Position numbers and translations under genes: made by a program. A DNA stretch of 64,000 nt from Mytilus edulis (taxonomy: Eukaryota), in assembly GCF_963676685.1 (NCBI RefSeq), contig NC_092351.1:36890001-36954000 (forward strand), written 5' to 3'. Below the pieces are notes generated by a model. That model had not been told where the DNA came from. It did not search any database and saw only the letters and a list, made by a program, of their open reading frames with translations. Positions 12,481 through 25,216 of the stretch are shown here, piece by piece (within the stretch, counting starts at the first letter, position 1; each line of letters begins with the position of its first letter).

Positions 12481-14534
12481 AATACACCTAATCGCTATTT
12501 ATTCCATTCCGGATAAGTTCTAAAATTACACAACTTTTTCATCCAGTTGAAGCTATCTGGGACCCTGTTTAAACAATTCACCATGCATGATACTTTATAA
12601 TGAGACCTGTTTAAACTACCGTAAATACTTCAAACAAAATATTTTTTTACTTCAATTTTAATTTCGAAAAAAGTGGATCATACTATATCAAAGTTTCTTG
12701 ATGTCACTTTCTAAAGTTTATTCTCCCTCAGCGCACTACTGATGACCTCCATTTTTCTGCCGGTGACCCCAAACAGGAAGTTGTATAAATGACTGTTTTT
12801 CCCGGAATGGACTAAATAGCGATAAGGTGTATCAGTGGCATAGCTTGCATATATGCTCAGATGCTCAAGCATCAACATCATTTTGAAACAAATTTTTTTT
12901 TTTTTAAATAAATAGTAATGCAAGAGTTGGCAGCATAAAGACATGGTGGTATCCGAATGTTACAAGGGTGAGAATATCAGAATAGCATCCAATCATTTCC
13001 GAAGCAGTATGCATGGTTTTTCCTTCATGTAAACAAGATGGATAAATCCTGGGACTATTATAATACTAGATAATTCACAGAACGGTGTTCTCTACTTTTT
13101 CATAAAAATTCTACTTCGTAGTGCGTTGTCGGCTACGGCAAGTGCAGATGATGATGATGAAAGGCAGACCTGCAGACAAGTTTAGTCAGAAATTGAGCCA
13201 AGCGGAGGCTCCGAGTTATGACATAGCAATGTTACTATTTAAAAAAAATCTGAAGCATCATATCCTAATATCGTTTCGTGTGACACGAAAGACGACGTGA
13301 TAAAAACTTTATTTGTAATAAAGTGTTATCATTCCTGTGGTTATACAATCTTACACGGCGACATATAAAATATCGAGGAGCAAGTGATGAGAACTTATTT
13401 TAATAAGATTGGGGGTTATAAATACCCTTTTCCATCTAGGTACAAATATTAATGTCGTTTTCAATAAAAGATTAGAGTACCAATGTCCCCCGCATTGGAC
13501 ACATTTTATCTATTCAAGATACAAGGGCAAAAACTTTTAAAAACAAAGCACTTTCTTCTTTTTTTCTTTTTTTTATTTATATCTCGAGAGAAATAAAAGC
13601 TTCAGAAAAAATACAATGGGATTTGCATTATAATTGATATTCCCAAGCGGCATAAATGGTTAAAAATATTTGATCAGGATTTATACTCGCAACTCGCAAG
13701 TGTGAAAGACATTGCTGCATGATGATATAAGTTTAACAAAAATCTGGCAAGAATTGTACACATGACAGCGGTAACAAGACCGGACGGATGGACGGCCGGT
13801 ATTTCCATATCCCCTCGCGGCAATGGGTTAACAAAAGTTATCAAAAACCACATTGGGAGGCTTAAATTCCGGGGAAAATGGGGGGGGGGGGGGGATCACC
13901 GGTTCCTATACCGAAATTCAATATACAGAAGTGCCGCTGTCATGGGTTTGTTTTTGAGATGTCAAATATAAGATTTGGTGTGAAACTTTCACATCAAATA
14001 TTTCTGAATTAAATGATGGTAGTCAAGTTCGAGAATACAATAAAATTCTGTTGGAAATATAATGTATATTGGTGGGTATTTTGAAATTAAACAAAATCTA
14101 ACCAGTGTCGGATTCTAGGTGAGTACACATGCATACAGGGACAACGTCCGAAAAATATCATTTTCTGCATAAAAAAGTCCCAAAAATTTCGCATCCACAT
14201 CATTTAAACCCTGGCTACGCCACTGCCAATCCACTAAAAATAAATATGTTTGAATTAAATTAATCATGATAAGAATATTTTAACAAATCACAGTAAAATT
14301 TTCACCAATTTGACACTACATGTCTAATGATTTCAAAAATTAAATGGATTTCAAGATAAACGATTTTTTCTTAAGAGTTCATTACAGTTTTACAAATATT
14401 AATTATTATGAGGATTGTTATGACCCATCAGGTTATCTGATTACTTGCAGCAACAAATTATGACACCTGTTGTGACCGTTGATTAGTGTAGGGTTGTAAA
14501 CTTGTCATAATATGTCCCCATGTAAAATTATAGA

Positions 14535-16820
14535 TTTTTATACGACCGCAAAATTTGAAAAATTTTTCGTCGTATATTGCTATCACGTTGGCGTCGTCGG
14601 TGTCGTCGGCGTCGTCGTCGTCGTCGTCGTCGTCCGAATACTTTTAGTTTTCGCACTCTAACTTTAGTAAAAGTGAATAGAAATCTATGAAATTTTAACA
14701 CAAGGTTTATGACCACAAAAAGAAGGTTGGGATTGATTTTGGGAGTTTTAGTCCCAACATTTTAGGAATTAGGGGCCAAAAAGGGCCCAAATAAGCATTT
14801 TCTTGGTTTTCGCACTATAACTTTAGTTTAAGTAAATAGAAATCTATGAAATTTTGACATAAGGTTTATGACCACAAAAGAAAGGTTGGGATTGATTTTG
14901 GGAGTTTTGGTTCCAACAGTTTAGGAATTAGGGGCCAAAAAAGGGCCCAAATAAGCATTATTCTTGGTTTTCGCACAATAACTTTAGTTTAAGTAAATAG
15001 AAATCAATGAAATTTAAACACAATGTTTATGACCACAAAAGGAAGGTTGGTATTGATTTTGGGAGTTTAGGTCCTAACAGTATAGGAATTAGGGGCCAAA
15101 AAGGGACCCAAATAAGCATTTTTTTTGGTTTTCGCGCCATAACTTTAGTATAAGTAAATAGAAATCTATGAAATTTAATCACAAGGTTTATGACCATAAA
15201 AGGAAGGTTGGTATTGATTTTGGGAGTTTTGGTCCCAACAGTTTAGGAATAAAGGGCCCAAAGGGTCCAGATTTAAACTTTGTTTGATTTTATCAAAAAT
15301 TGAATAATTGGGGTTCTTTGATATGCCGAATCTAACTGTGTATGTAGATTCTTAATTTTTGGTCCCGTTTTCAAATTGGTCTACATTAAGGTCCAAAGGG
15401 TCCAAAATTAAACTTAGTTTGATTTTAACAAAAATTGAATGCTTGGGGTTCTTTGATATGCTGAATCTAAAAATGTACTTAGATTTTTTTATTATTGGCC
15501 CAGTTTTCAAGTTGGTCCAAATCGGGGTCCAAAATTAAACTTTGTTTGATTTCATCAAAAATTGAATAATTGGGGTTCTTTGATATGCCAAATCTAACTG
15601 TGTATGTAGATTCTTAATTTTTGGTCCCGTTTTCAAATTGGTTTACATTAACGTCCAAAGGGTCCAAAATTAAACTAAGTTTGATTTTAACAAAAATTAA
15701 ATTCTTGGGCTTATTTGATATGCTTTATCTAAATATGTACTTTGATTTTTGATTATGGGCCCAGTTTTCAAGTTGGTCCAAATCAGGATTCCATATCAAG
15801 TATTGTGCAATAGCAAGAAATTTTCAATTGCACAGTATTGCACAATAGCAAGAAATATCTAATTGCACAATATTGTGCAATAGCAATCAATTTTCAATTG
15901 GAGTTATCTTTCTTTGTATAGAATAGTAGTTGATAATATATGTTGGAAATTTACCAGACATGACTATGATGTCATTTTCTATTTTTATTTGCCAATAACT
16001 TTATGTAAATAACTTCATTGGAAATTTGCCAATATAAAATGTTGCTGATGAAGCTTTTTTTCCTTATCTTATCTAAAATGTTTTTAGATAATGTATGTTG
16101 GACATTTGCCAGACATGACTATGATGTCATTTTCTATTTTTATTTGCCAATAACTTTATGTAAATAACTTCATTGGAAATTTGCCAATATTAAATGTTGC
16201 TGATGAAGTTTTTTTTATTGTTTTATACAATAAACAATGTATATTCACTTTTACTACCAACCAATCTTTACCATTCAGTGATAACAAGCACTTTATTTTA
16301 CATTTTAATATCTTATGATGTATTTAAAAGAGTAGTTATTGTTGCAAACTCCATTAGAAATTTGAATTGATATCAGTTTTGGAAAAAGGGAAACGGGGAT
16401 GTGAAAAAAGGGGGGGGGGGGGGGGGGGGGTTTAAATTTTTCTCATTTCAGATTTCATAAATAAAAAGAAAATTTCTTCAAACATTTTTTTGAGAGGATT
16501 AATATTCAACAGCATAGTGAATTGCTCAAAGGCAAAAAAAAAAACTTTTAAGTTCATTAGACCACATTCATTCTGTGTCAGAAACCTATGCTGTGTCAAC
16601 TATTTAATTTTAGATTTAAAAAATTTGAAGAAATCTTTAATTGATTTGTAAAATCTTGACATTTGTTTTGTGTAAAAAAAAAACATATAATGTCAAAAAT
16701 TTGATCACAATCCAAATTCAGAGCTGTATCACGCTTGAATGTTTTGTCCATACTTGCCCCAACTGTTCAGGGTTCGACCTCTGCGGTCGTATAAAGCTGC
16801 GCCCTGCGGAGCACCTGGTT
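14535..16820 (+). mobile_element. HINE-like element, family B, complete
   Basis: TTTATACGACCGCA..TGCGGTCGTATAAA subTIRs, (CGT)n, two kinds of internal tandem repeat, and a GC-rich 3' terminus. Confidence 0.72.
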
Positions 16821-17269
16821 AAAAATTGATCAGAAAAACTTCAAAATCGGTAAATAATATTTTTTTTGGGTATATTTTGTGAAAATCGGGATTTTGACTT
16901 GTTTTACAATCCCAATATATCCGGGTTTTGGGTTGAGGGATGAAAATCAGGATGATACTGGGAAAATAGGGATAGTTGGCAGGTCTGCAACTAATAAATT
17001 AACAAACTGTTAAAAGTCAATATAAACAAGTCCCTTGCCTCTGTCATGTCTGTGGCTGCAGAAAGTATAAAACTGTAATTCCATACACCCCATAGAGGCA
17101 GAACCTTGTACATGTTGTATATAGTAACTGCATTAGATATAACAAACTTGAGGCAAATCATTGATCCTTATATCATGCATATCATGTATATAAAATCTTT
17201 TCTTTCTTTGTGTAAATTAAACATACTTTCACTTGAGTTGCATTTTTAACAGTGATATGAATTTTTCAG

Positions 17270-17377
17270 AACAGCGCCTGCATACAGGGTATGTTGCCAT
17301 AGTAACAGGAGGATCAGCAGGGATAGGATTTGAAGTGTCTCGTGGTTTAGTTTCTAAAAATGTACATGTGGTGATAG
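17270..17377 (+). CDS. DHRSX: DHRSX-like exon 2
   Basis: VAIVTGGSAGIG Rossmann motif (TGxxxGxG); AG/GT borders in phase. Confidence 0.9.
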
Positions 17378-17828
17378 GTTTGTTTGTTTTTACTTATCAA
17401 TATAATTTATTTGTGTTAAATAAAGAGTTGCCAATTTCATAGTTAGTGGAAATAGTTTCAGCTCTATCATGTCTTATAATGGTACTTCATGTCAGAACAG
17501 CACTTAACCTGCTTAAGAAAAAAACTGCACCCTATATTTAGTCTTTATTGTGTGCTAATTACCAGTAATTTGAATCAGCTAAAAAAGAAAGTATAGTTGA
17601 AGTAATAACGATAATGTAACATGTTGATATCCTTACCAGAAAAAATACTTTAAAACAAGGAACTATTTGAATCAAGAGTAAGACATGTATGATGAAAACT
17701 AATTTAATTATTAAGGGTTAGGCATGCCTTTAAGGTGTTGATTACTTATTTACTTCTTTATTTTACAATGTATTTATTGGTGTAATTTAAAAGAACATAG
17801 TTTTAAATAAGAATTTGATTTGTTATAG

Positions 17829-17897
17829 GATCAAGATGTATAGAAGAAGGAAAGACAGCTGTAGCCAAGATAAGAGAAGAATACCCTAATGCTAAGG
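17829..17897 (+). CDS. DHRSX: DHRSX-like exon 3
   Basis: SRCIEEGKTAVAKIREEYPNAK; AG/GT borders in phase. Confidence 0.88.
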
Positions 17898-17991
17898 GTA
17901 GGTCTACAAATATCTTACCAGATTAGTATGATAGAATATATAAATGATACTCATTTAATTTAAGCATTTAAGGCTGGGAATCATTAAGCAA

Positions 17992-18337
17992 ATAACAGGC
18001 TATACTTTCAAATTTGAATTATTTTTGATAATGGAATTTGCATAATTTCTTGTGCTACAAAATTTTTAATAAATTCCATGTCAATTCTGTATTTTAATTT
18101 TCTGTGCAGCGCACAACACTCTCTATTACAAAGAAGATACATGTAGTACATTTTCAAAAGAATGTACTGTGCGGCGAACAACACTATCTATACAAAATAC
18201 ATTGTATGGAAAGTGTTATGCAACGCTCAAAATATAAAAACGCAGAATGAAAATGGAATTTAGGAAAAATTTCAAGCACTAGAAATGATGCAAATTCCAT
18301 AATTAAAAATAATTACAAGTTGGAATAATAGCCTGTT
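17992..18337. mobile_element. MITE with long imperfect TIRs
   Basis: AACAGGCTAT..ATGGAATTTGCAT mirrored by ATGCAAATTCCAT..ATAGCCTGTT. Confidence 0.65.
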
Positions 18338-18856
18338 AAATTTATGAATATAATTACATTATACTTGAATGGAAAACAAATGATTAAAAGTGTAAAAATT
18401 GGTGAAATGGTCTAAGGTAAAAAAAAAAAAATGGCAATCACACTATTGATTTAGTTGATTCTGTAACTATTTTGAAAATTTAGTACAATTATAAAAATAA
18501 GAAGATGCGTTAAAAATGCCAACAAGACAACTTTCCACTAGAGACCAAATGACATACAAGTTATCAGCTATAGGTTACCATACGGCCTTCAACACTGGGC
18601 AAAACCACTACCACAAAGTCAGTTAAAAAAGGCCCTTACATGACATATGTGGAACAAATTAAAGGAGAAAACTAACAGCCTGAATAATGTAAATTAGAAA
18701 TATGATACACACAACAAATGACAACATTTTAGGTCAAAATATGAAGAAAATGTGTCTTTTTTTCTCATCTTTAGTAAATGGTAGAGACCATGTGACTTTA
18801 ATAGTGATTAATTGTGAAAAAAAGTAAGTTTCTTATCTTCCCATTTTATATTTCAG

Positions 18857-18958
18857 TGGATTGGTTGCACATGGATCTCACATCACTGAAGTCTGTCAGA
18901 GAGTTTACAGATAGTTTTCTAGCAATGGGGTTGCCATTAAATATCCTCATTAATAATG
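18857..18958 (+). CDS. DHRSX: DHRSX-like exon 4
   Basis: DWLHMDLTSLKSVREFTDSFLAMGLPLNILINN; forms NNAG with the next exon. Confidence 0.92.
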
Positions 18959-19591
18959 GTAAGATTTCTAGTTAAATGTTAAATAACTGATCAGTAAAAC
19001 TTTGAATTATCCTTCATTACAGAATGTCATTTCTTTAATCATATTATCTTAATATTCAGATATATGTAGAATCATGATCATTTGCATGTTTAAAAGATAT
19101 CTGGTACATGTACTTGTATAAGAAAAGACAAGTAAACATTAAACAATAGGTACAATATAAATATTTTAGATCCATCAAAAAACATTCTAATGACAAATGT
19201 ACTCTTCATTATAAAGTCTTTCCTTAAAGATTGCATTCATGATAGCCAGCTATATTTTCCAGACCTGATAACTACTTCTGAGAGAACACAAACAAACCCA
19301 AGTGCATTAAGATAAGCATTAATAACATTTTATCCCAATACATTTGAAGTGATTTGTCAATGATATATATATGCTCACATATTCACGAAACAGAATGATG
19401 TGTATATGTATAACCATATTTGTCAAGAAAACTGGATTTCATCATTGACACAAAGAAACTGTATTGTCATTATATAATGAAGAGTATAAAACATAACCTT
19501 AAAAAGGAGATACATGTAGTTTAACTTGTGCATTTAATTCAGTTACCTAATCAGATGTGTCTTTCATTTATTTTGCTACCAGGCCCCTTAA

Positions 19592-19957
19592 GGTGGTACC
19601 CAACACTTTCACTAAAATTAATTTGGCTCGTTTAATTTTCATAAAATTTTGCAAAAGTATATACTTTGACACTTTGACAAAAATATAAAAATTTCAAAAA
19701 ATTTGAACCAATATATAAAAAAGAAGATGTGGTATGATTGCCAATGAGAAAACTATCCACAAAAGACCAAAATGACACAGACATTTAAAACAACTATAGG
19801 TCAACCATTTTATCAAAAAAATTACACTGTTTATATAGCAGTTTGACAAACACCAATTTTGATCGTTGAGAAGCTTAATATTCCCTTAACAACACAACGT
19901 AATTAAAACGTTTAACTGATTTTACAGAGTTATCTCCCTGTAGTGTTAGGTACCACC
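19592..19957. mobile_element. TTAA-specific MITE (Kolobok-like)
   Basis: TTAA|GGTGGTACCCAACACT..AGTGTTAGGTACCACC|TTAA; carries a nested PLE-tail fragment at 19711-19803. Confidence 0.75.
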
Positions 19958-20019
19958 TTAAGGATTTTATGTGTCTTACTACCTTAAAATATATTTAACA
20001 GATAGTTATTACATTGTAG

Positions 20020-20227
20020 CTGGAATAATGTTTGCTCCATACCAGGAGACAGATGACGGATTAGAAGAACATTTCCAAGTCAATTACCTCAGTCACTTTT
20101 ACCTCACATTACTACTGTTAGATGTGTTAAAGAAAACAGGGACAGACAACTCTTATTCCAGAATCATAAATGTATCATCAGTAGTACATAAACTGGGAAA
20201 CTTAGATATTGACAGACTTTGTTCAAG
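20020..20227 (+). CDS. DHRSX: DHRSX-like exon 5
   Basis: GIMFAPYQETDDGLEEHFQVNYLSHFYLTLLLLD..RIINVSS. Confidence 0.93.
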
Positions 20228-21699
20228 GTTAGAAAATTATCAACTGATAATGTATATGAGATATTCCATTAAAATGTATGTTAGTGCATAGAAAAGGAAG
20301 ATTAAATATTGAATGTGGGTCATGAGTCTTTTTTCAGTACATGTCTATTACCATTATGCAAAATTAAATAAAAAACGGTTCTTGGTTGCAGAGAAAGTCC
20401 CTTCCCATCCTCCCACCCTCCCACCCTCCCACATACATTTTAATGGAATATCGCCTGTATTCCTGCACTATTTACGTTCATCAAGCGTCTTGGTGATCGT
20501 CATTGTGCAGGATAAACTAGAAATAATGGTTGTTCTGTAGGTACTTAATGACAATTCCCTAATGACATCAATGCTGATTGTCAATTTTGAGAATTCAATT
20601 TGTCCTATAATTCGTACAATATAGAATTATAGTTTTCCAACCACTCGCTCAACATTGGAATGGAAGTGACGACGCCCCTAAACGCACAAATGACGTTCAC
20701 TAAAACCAGAGTTTTTGACAGAAATGCATCGAACTCGAAAGTTGTCTATTGTCACAGACTACGTTTTTCTACTCTTTTGAATAAAAAACATGTCTAAAGG
20801 AAAGTTTTCATTGTTGTTCTCAAGGATTGCTCAAAAATGCCAATTTTTCTAATGACTGTTTCAATCCCGACTTCCAAATGTCTAAAAACATTCTAGAACT
20901 TCACAAAATCCTACTTTCGGCCTCCATTGCTTTTTGTACATTTCATTCAGCGTCATTAATCTTGTGGCAGGCAATACAAGTCAAGCAAATCATATTTTTA
21001 TGAATTTCAAAATGACAAGCTCCTTACGTCTTTTTCAATTTTCCTGTGAAAAAAGCCCAACCAAAATGAAGGGAAAATTATATGAAAAAACGATGTCCAT
21101 GCCATAATTTTGTGCAGGAATATAGAGTAGGTTGATAAAAAACAATTTACATTTAGTTTTCATAGAAAAAAAAATTGATTCATTATAAAAAGATCTATAT
21201 TCTGACCATCATGACTGTTGGTAAATATTCATACAAAATTCCATTGTTGTCGAAAGGGATTTCAAAAAATGAGGTTTCCTGTGGAATAAAACCCCAAATT
21301 ATTGCAAACTTTTTAAAGCAATATTCCACAAACAAATAATGTAATTGCTGTGGACTGAAAATCACCTAATTGGCAATAGAGCAATTTGATTGGGTAGAAC
21401 AAATTTACATCATGTGATTTTGACGCCATTGGAATTTGAATGTAAACAAACCAAGGTCAGTCGGTTCAGTAAGGGACAGCATCGTACATTGAGTTACTGA
21501 GAAACATTTATGAGTTACCAAGCTTGACAATGCATGGTTATAAAAAATCAAAGCTAAGTGTACAGAAAAAAATAAGAAAAAAATGTCCTTAGGTGAAAGA
21601 CTTATCATCAAAACTGGATATGGAATCAAACCTTATCAAGTAAGATATAAATTTCCGATTTTAAAAGATTGTTATATTAACTGGTACGTTGTACTACAA

Positions 21700-22125
21700 T
21701 TAATGTTATGAAAATTCTTTGGAGATAATTGTGGTTTTAGGAATGCAAATTTAAGGGAGATGATTATTACAGGTATGGGAATTCATGGGTGATGATTACA
21801 AATACTGGTTTGAAAATCCTGGGGAGACAGTTGTAATTATTGGTCAGAAAATTCAAGGGAGATAATTAGTATGACTGGTTTAGAAATTCAAGGGAGATAA
21901 TTATAATTATTGACATCCAAATTTTAAAAACATGGGAGATAATTGGGATTATTTTTTTAAATTTTTTTAACTTTTGTGATTATTGATATGAAAATTGTAG
22001 AAATACAGGTGTGCAAATTAATGATGATTTTAATTACTGATTGAAAATTCATGGGAGATAATTTTAATTACTGATTGAAAATTCATGGGAGATAATTCTG
22101 ATTACAGGTATGAGATTTCATGGGA
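21700..22125 (+). repeat. Degenerate minisatellite overlapping the DHRSX exon 6 acceptor
   Basis: Recurrent GAAAATTCA(T/A)GGGAGATAATT..ATTAC units. Confidence 0.7.
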
Positions 22126-22327
22126 ATATTCACCTCATGCAGCATATTCAGATTCCAAACTAGCTATAACTGTTTCATCATTCATGCTTGGAAGGAAACT
22201 AACTGATGAAAATTGTAAAGTTACAGCCAATGTCCTTCATCCAGGTGTGGTTAGGACAAGTTTATATAGACATGTACATTGGAGTATAAAATGGTTCTTA
22301 GATGTTGTTGCCATACTTTTATACAAG
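22108..22327 (+). CDS. DHRSX: DHRSX-like exon 6
   Basis: YSPHAAYSDSK (catalytic YxxxK) and VTANVLHPGVVRT. Confidence 0.92.
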
Positions 22328-22798
22328 GTAAGTCTTAATTTTTTTACAAATGCCCTGCTAGTTGGATGTTAACAGTATTAAATATTTCCTTTATCTGTTC
22401 TGTGATTAAATTTTCTATCCATATCTCATCAAAGAATTATGAATTAATTTCAACCAAATATAAATTTGACACCAAATTTTATTTTTGCAGTTTGGCATCT
22501 TCAAATAAGAGTTCCTAGAATGAGATATCAGTTGAAGTCATATTTATGGATTCACCTGATATATTTCATGGTTCTTATTTTCCCATTATTGATGTGTTGT
22601 TTTTTGTGCAGGGGTAAAATTGGTACAATAAATGATGACTGAGAACTACACATCAATTTTGATATATACAAACTATTTGAGAGGGGTACTTTGTGCATTT
22701 CAAATAATTGTGAAACCATTGTAAATAATATCTTAGCAAATGTTGCCCACACTTTAAAGTAGTTAAACTGAAGTTGTTATTGTCAATTTTTTCTTCAG

Positions 22799-22999
22799 AC
22801 ACCAGAAATGGCAGCAGATACAGTTCTATATTTAGCATTATCACCAAATGTAGAGGGAGACACTGGCAGTTACTATGACAACTGTGTTAAAAACAAACCA
22901 CATGACAGTGCACACGACAGACTATTACAAGAACAATTATGGCATAAATCATGTGAAGTTATTGAACATTTGACAGAAAATGAACTTAAACACAAATGA
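22799..22999 (+). CDS. DHRSX: DHRSX-like last exon
   Basis: TPEMAADTVLYLALSPNVEGDTGSYY..LQEQLWHKSCE..stop. Confidence 0.92.
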   Translation, partial: TPEMAADTVLYLALSPNVEGDTGSYYDNCVKNKPHDSAHDRLLQEQLWHKSCEVIEHLTENELKHK

Positions 23000-24082
23000 T
23001 AATCCATTATCAACAATTATATATCTTGAACCAATGATTTTACAGATTATGCATATGTTTTTATAAATGTTCATAAAATTTCAATATAACTTCCCTGAAA
23101 GTACATTATCTTTATAGATCTACTGAAAGAAAAGAATTATTGGAATAAGGAATAATTTTACATTACGGAAAACTGATAAGAAATGTTTGATGAAAACTAA
23201 CTCAACTAAACACTGATTTAGTACAAGCTGAAATATCGGTGAAAATGACTTTTACCTTACCCATGCATTAAATGCATACATACAAAAGTTAGGTTAGTTT
23301 TCTTCCTACATTTCTTATCAGTTTTCCAGGATTCAAAATTATTCCAGATTCAAATAATTCCTTGTTAAAAGTAGATTTTAATCTTAGACACTTGTTATTG
23401 TGGATTCATCCAATGTAGGTACTTATTAGTGGATTGATGTGGATTCATCTAATGTAGGTACTTATCAGTGGATTGATGTGAAATCTATATTCCTGCATTC
23501 ATGGATACTAAGTTTCATTTGTATAACAAACTATTGGTGGTTCTCCATAAACAATAAATTTCTTACAAACCAGTACCCCATGAATAAAAGTGAATATTAT
23601 GGTAGAATTGACAGAATTCTTTTTGTCAGAATGATTGACAAATGTTTTCTTCACCTGAATGGATAAAATATCAGTCAATCATCACAGACATAGAAACACA
23701 ATCAATCGTATGCATTATCAACCCAAAATATAATTATACAAGGATAGGACAACATTTTACTTTCTGTTCTGATGATTATTGCATTAGCCAATGAAATGTT
23801 TGCTTTCAAATATTTGAAGGTGTGTTTCATCATGACAAAAACCAGAGTGTACAGTAAGGTCTTAATAGTAGAAAGTGCAAGGAGCCATGTCGAGATTCAT
23901 GAAATCAAAGTCAAAACATCTGTATTTTAATCAGATTTATTTTGAGGTCAATAACTCAAAGGTAAAGGTCAAAGTTACTAAAAACAGATGTGAAATATTA
24001 TACTTAGAATAGACTGGTACACATGAAATTTGTACCAAAAAAGTGGTTTCAGGATGTTAAATCTTACACATGGTATGGCAAC

Positions 24083-24225
24083 CAGTGGCGGATTCAAAAA
24101 ATTTCATAAGTGGGGGCCCACTGACTGCCTAAGAGGGGGTCTGCTCCAGTCACGCTTCAGTGATTCCCTCTATAAGCAACCACATTTTTTCCAAAAAAGG
24201 CCCCCCCCCCCTAAATCCGCCTCTG
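24083..24225. mobile_element. Small MITE
   Basis: CAGTGGCGGATT..AATCCGCCTCTG with 5-bp TSD GCAAC. Confidence 0.7.
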
Positions 24226-25216
24226 GCAACTTTACATAGATATAAGGTCTATAATTGGAGGAGGTTCTCTGTTGATTTTGAGAGCGTGTTATCTCAATTC
24301 AAGATCAGCACCTTTATTCATTTATAAAAATATTGCAATTTTTTTTGAATTTTCGATTATCAATTTCAAATGACTGTACTCAAAAAGAGGATGAAGAGAA
24401 AACCTAATAATTCCATATTTGTTTTATCAATTGTTAAATTAACTTAAAAAATATACTGTGGATTCATTATTATTCATGAGATACTAATATTCTAAAAATG
24501 AGATACTAATATACTAATAATTTCGGGTACAGGGGAACCACAAATTTAAATGTGCAAGGAATAACTAATTTTCTAAAGGCTTGTATGCAGACTTTTTCAA
24601 AACCATGCATTAAAATATCCATAAAAATGTAAGTTTTACTAAATACATTAAAATTGGTACCCAGATAAAGAATGAATCCACATTAGTATTGGCAACTTTC
24701 AAAAAGAGGTTGACTGTTTTTTCACGGGATCATGATTTAAACCAGATGATTTTCGTCTCTCATGTTCAATGAAACAAGTGGAGATATATATTTTATTACA
24801 ACCTTTAATGTTTACATTAACCATAACAATATTTTGTCAGTATGAATGACTATTCTAATTGGACTCATATTAATACTCAGATTTTATGTGTGTTGATTGG
24901 TTTTGTAATTTGTACATGGTTAAATTATGACATAATAAAAACTAATGTCTATATTCTCTATTTTATAATTTTAAAAAAGTAGGATGTTAAAAATAGTTGG
25001 ATAATTGTCCTTTGCAAGAAAGCAAAAAAATAGGAACAGAATGGCTGCAACACAACCACAATTTTGTGTAGTTTTATGGGATACCAGTATACCGGTACTA
25101 CGTTTGCGATTATAATTTGGTTTCTCAACTCAATAATGTAAATATACATGACAATTACAGTTATAAGTAATTACTATAAAATGTTATAAAAAAGGCATGC
25201 AGTCACTAAATGAAAA

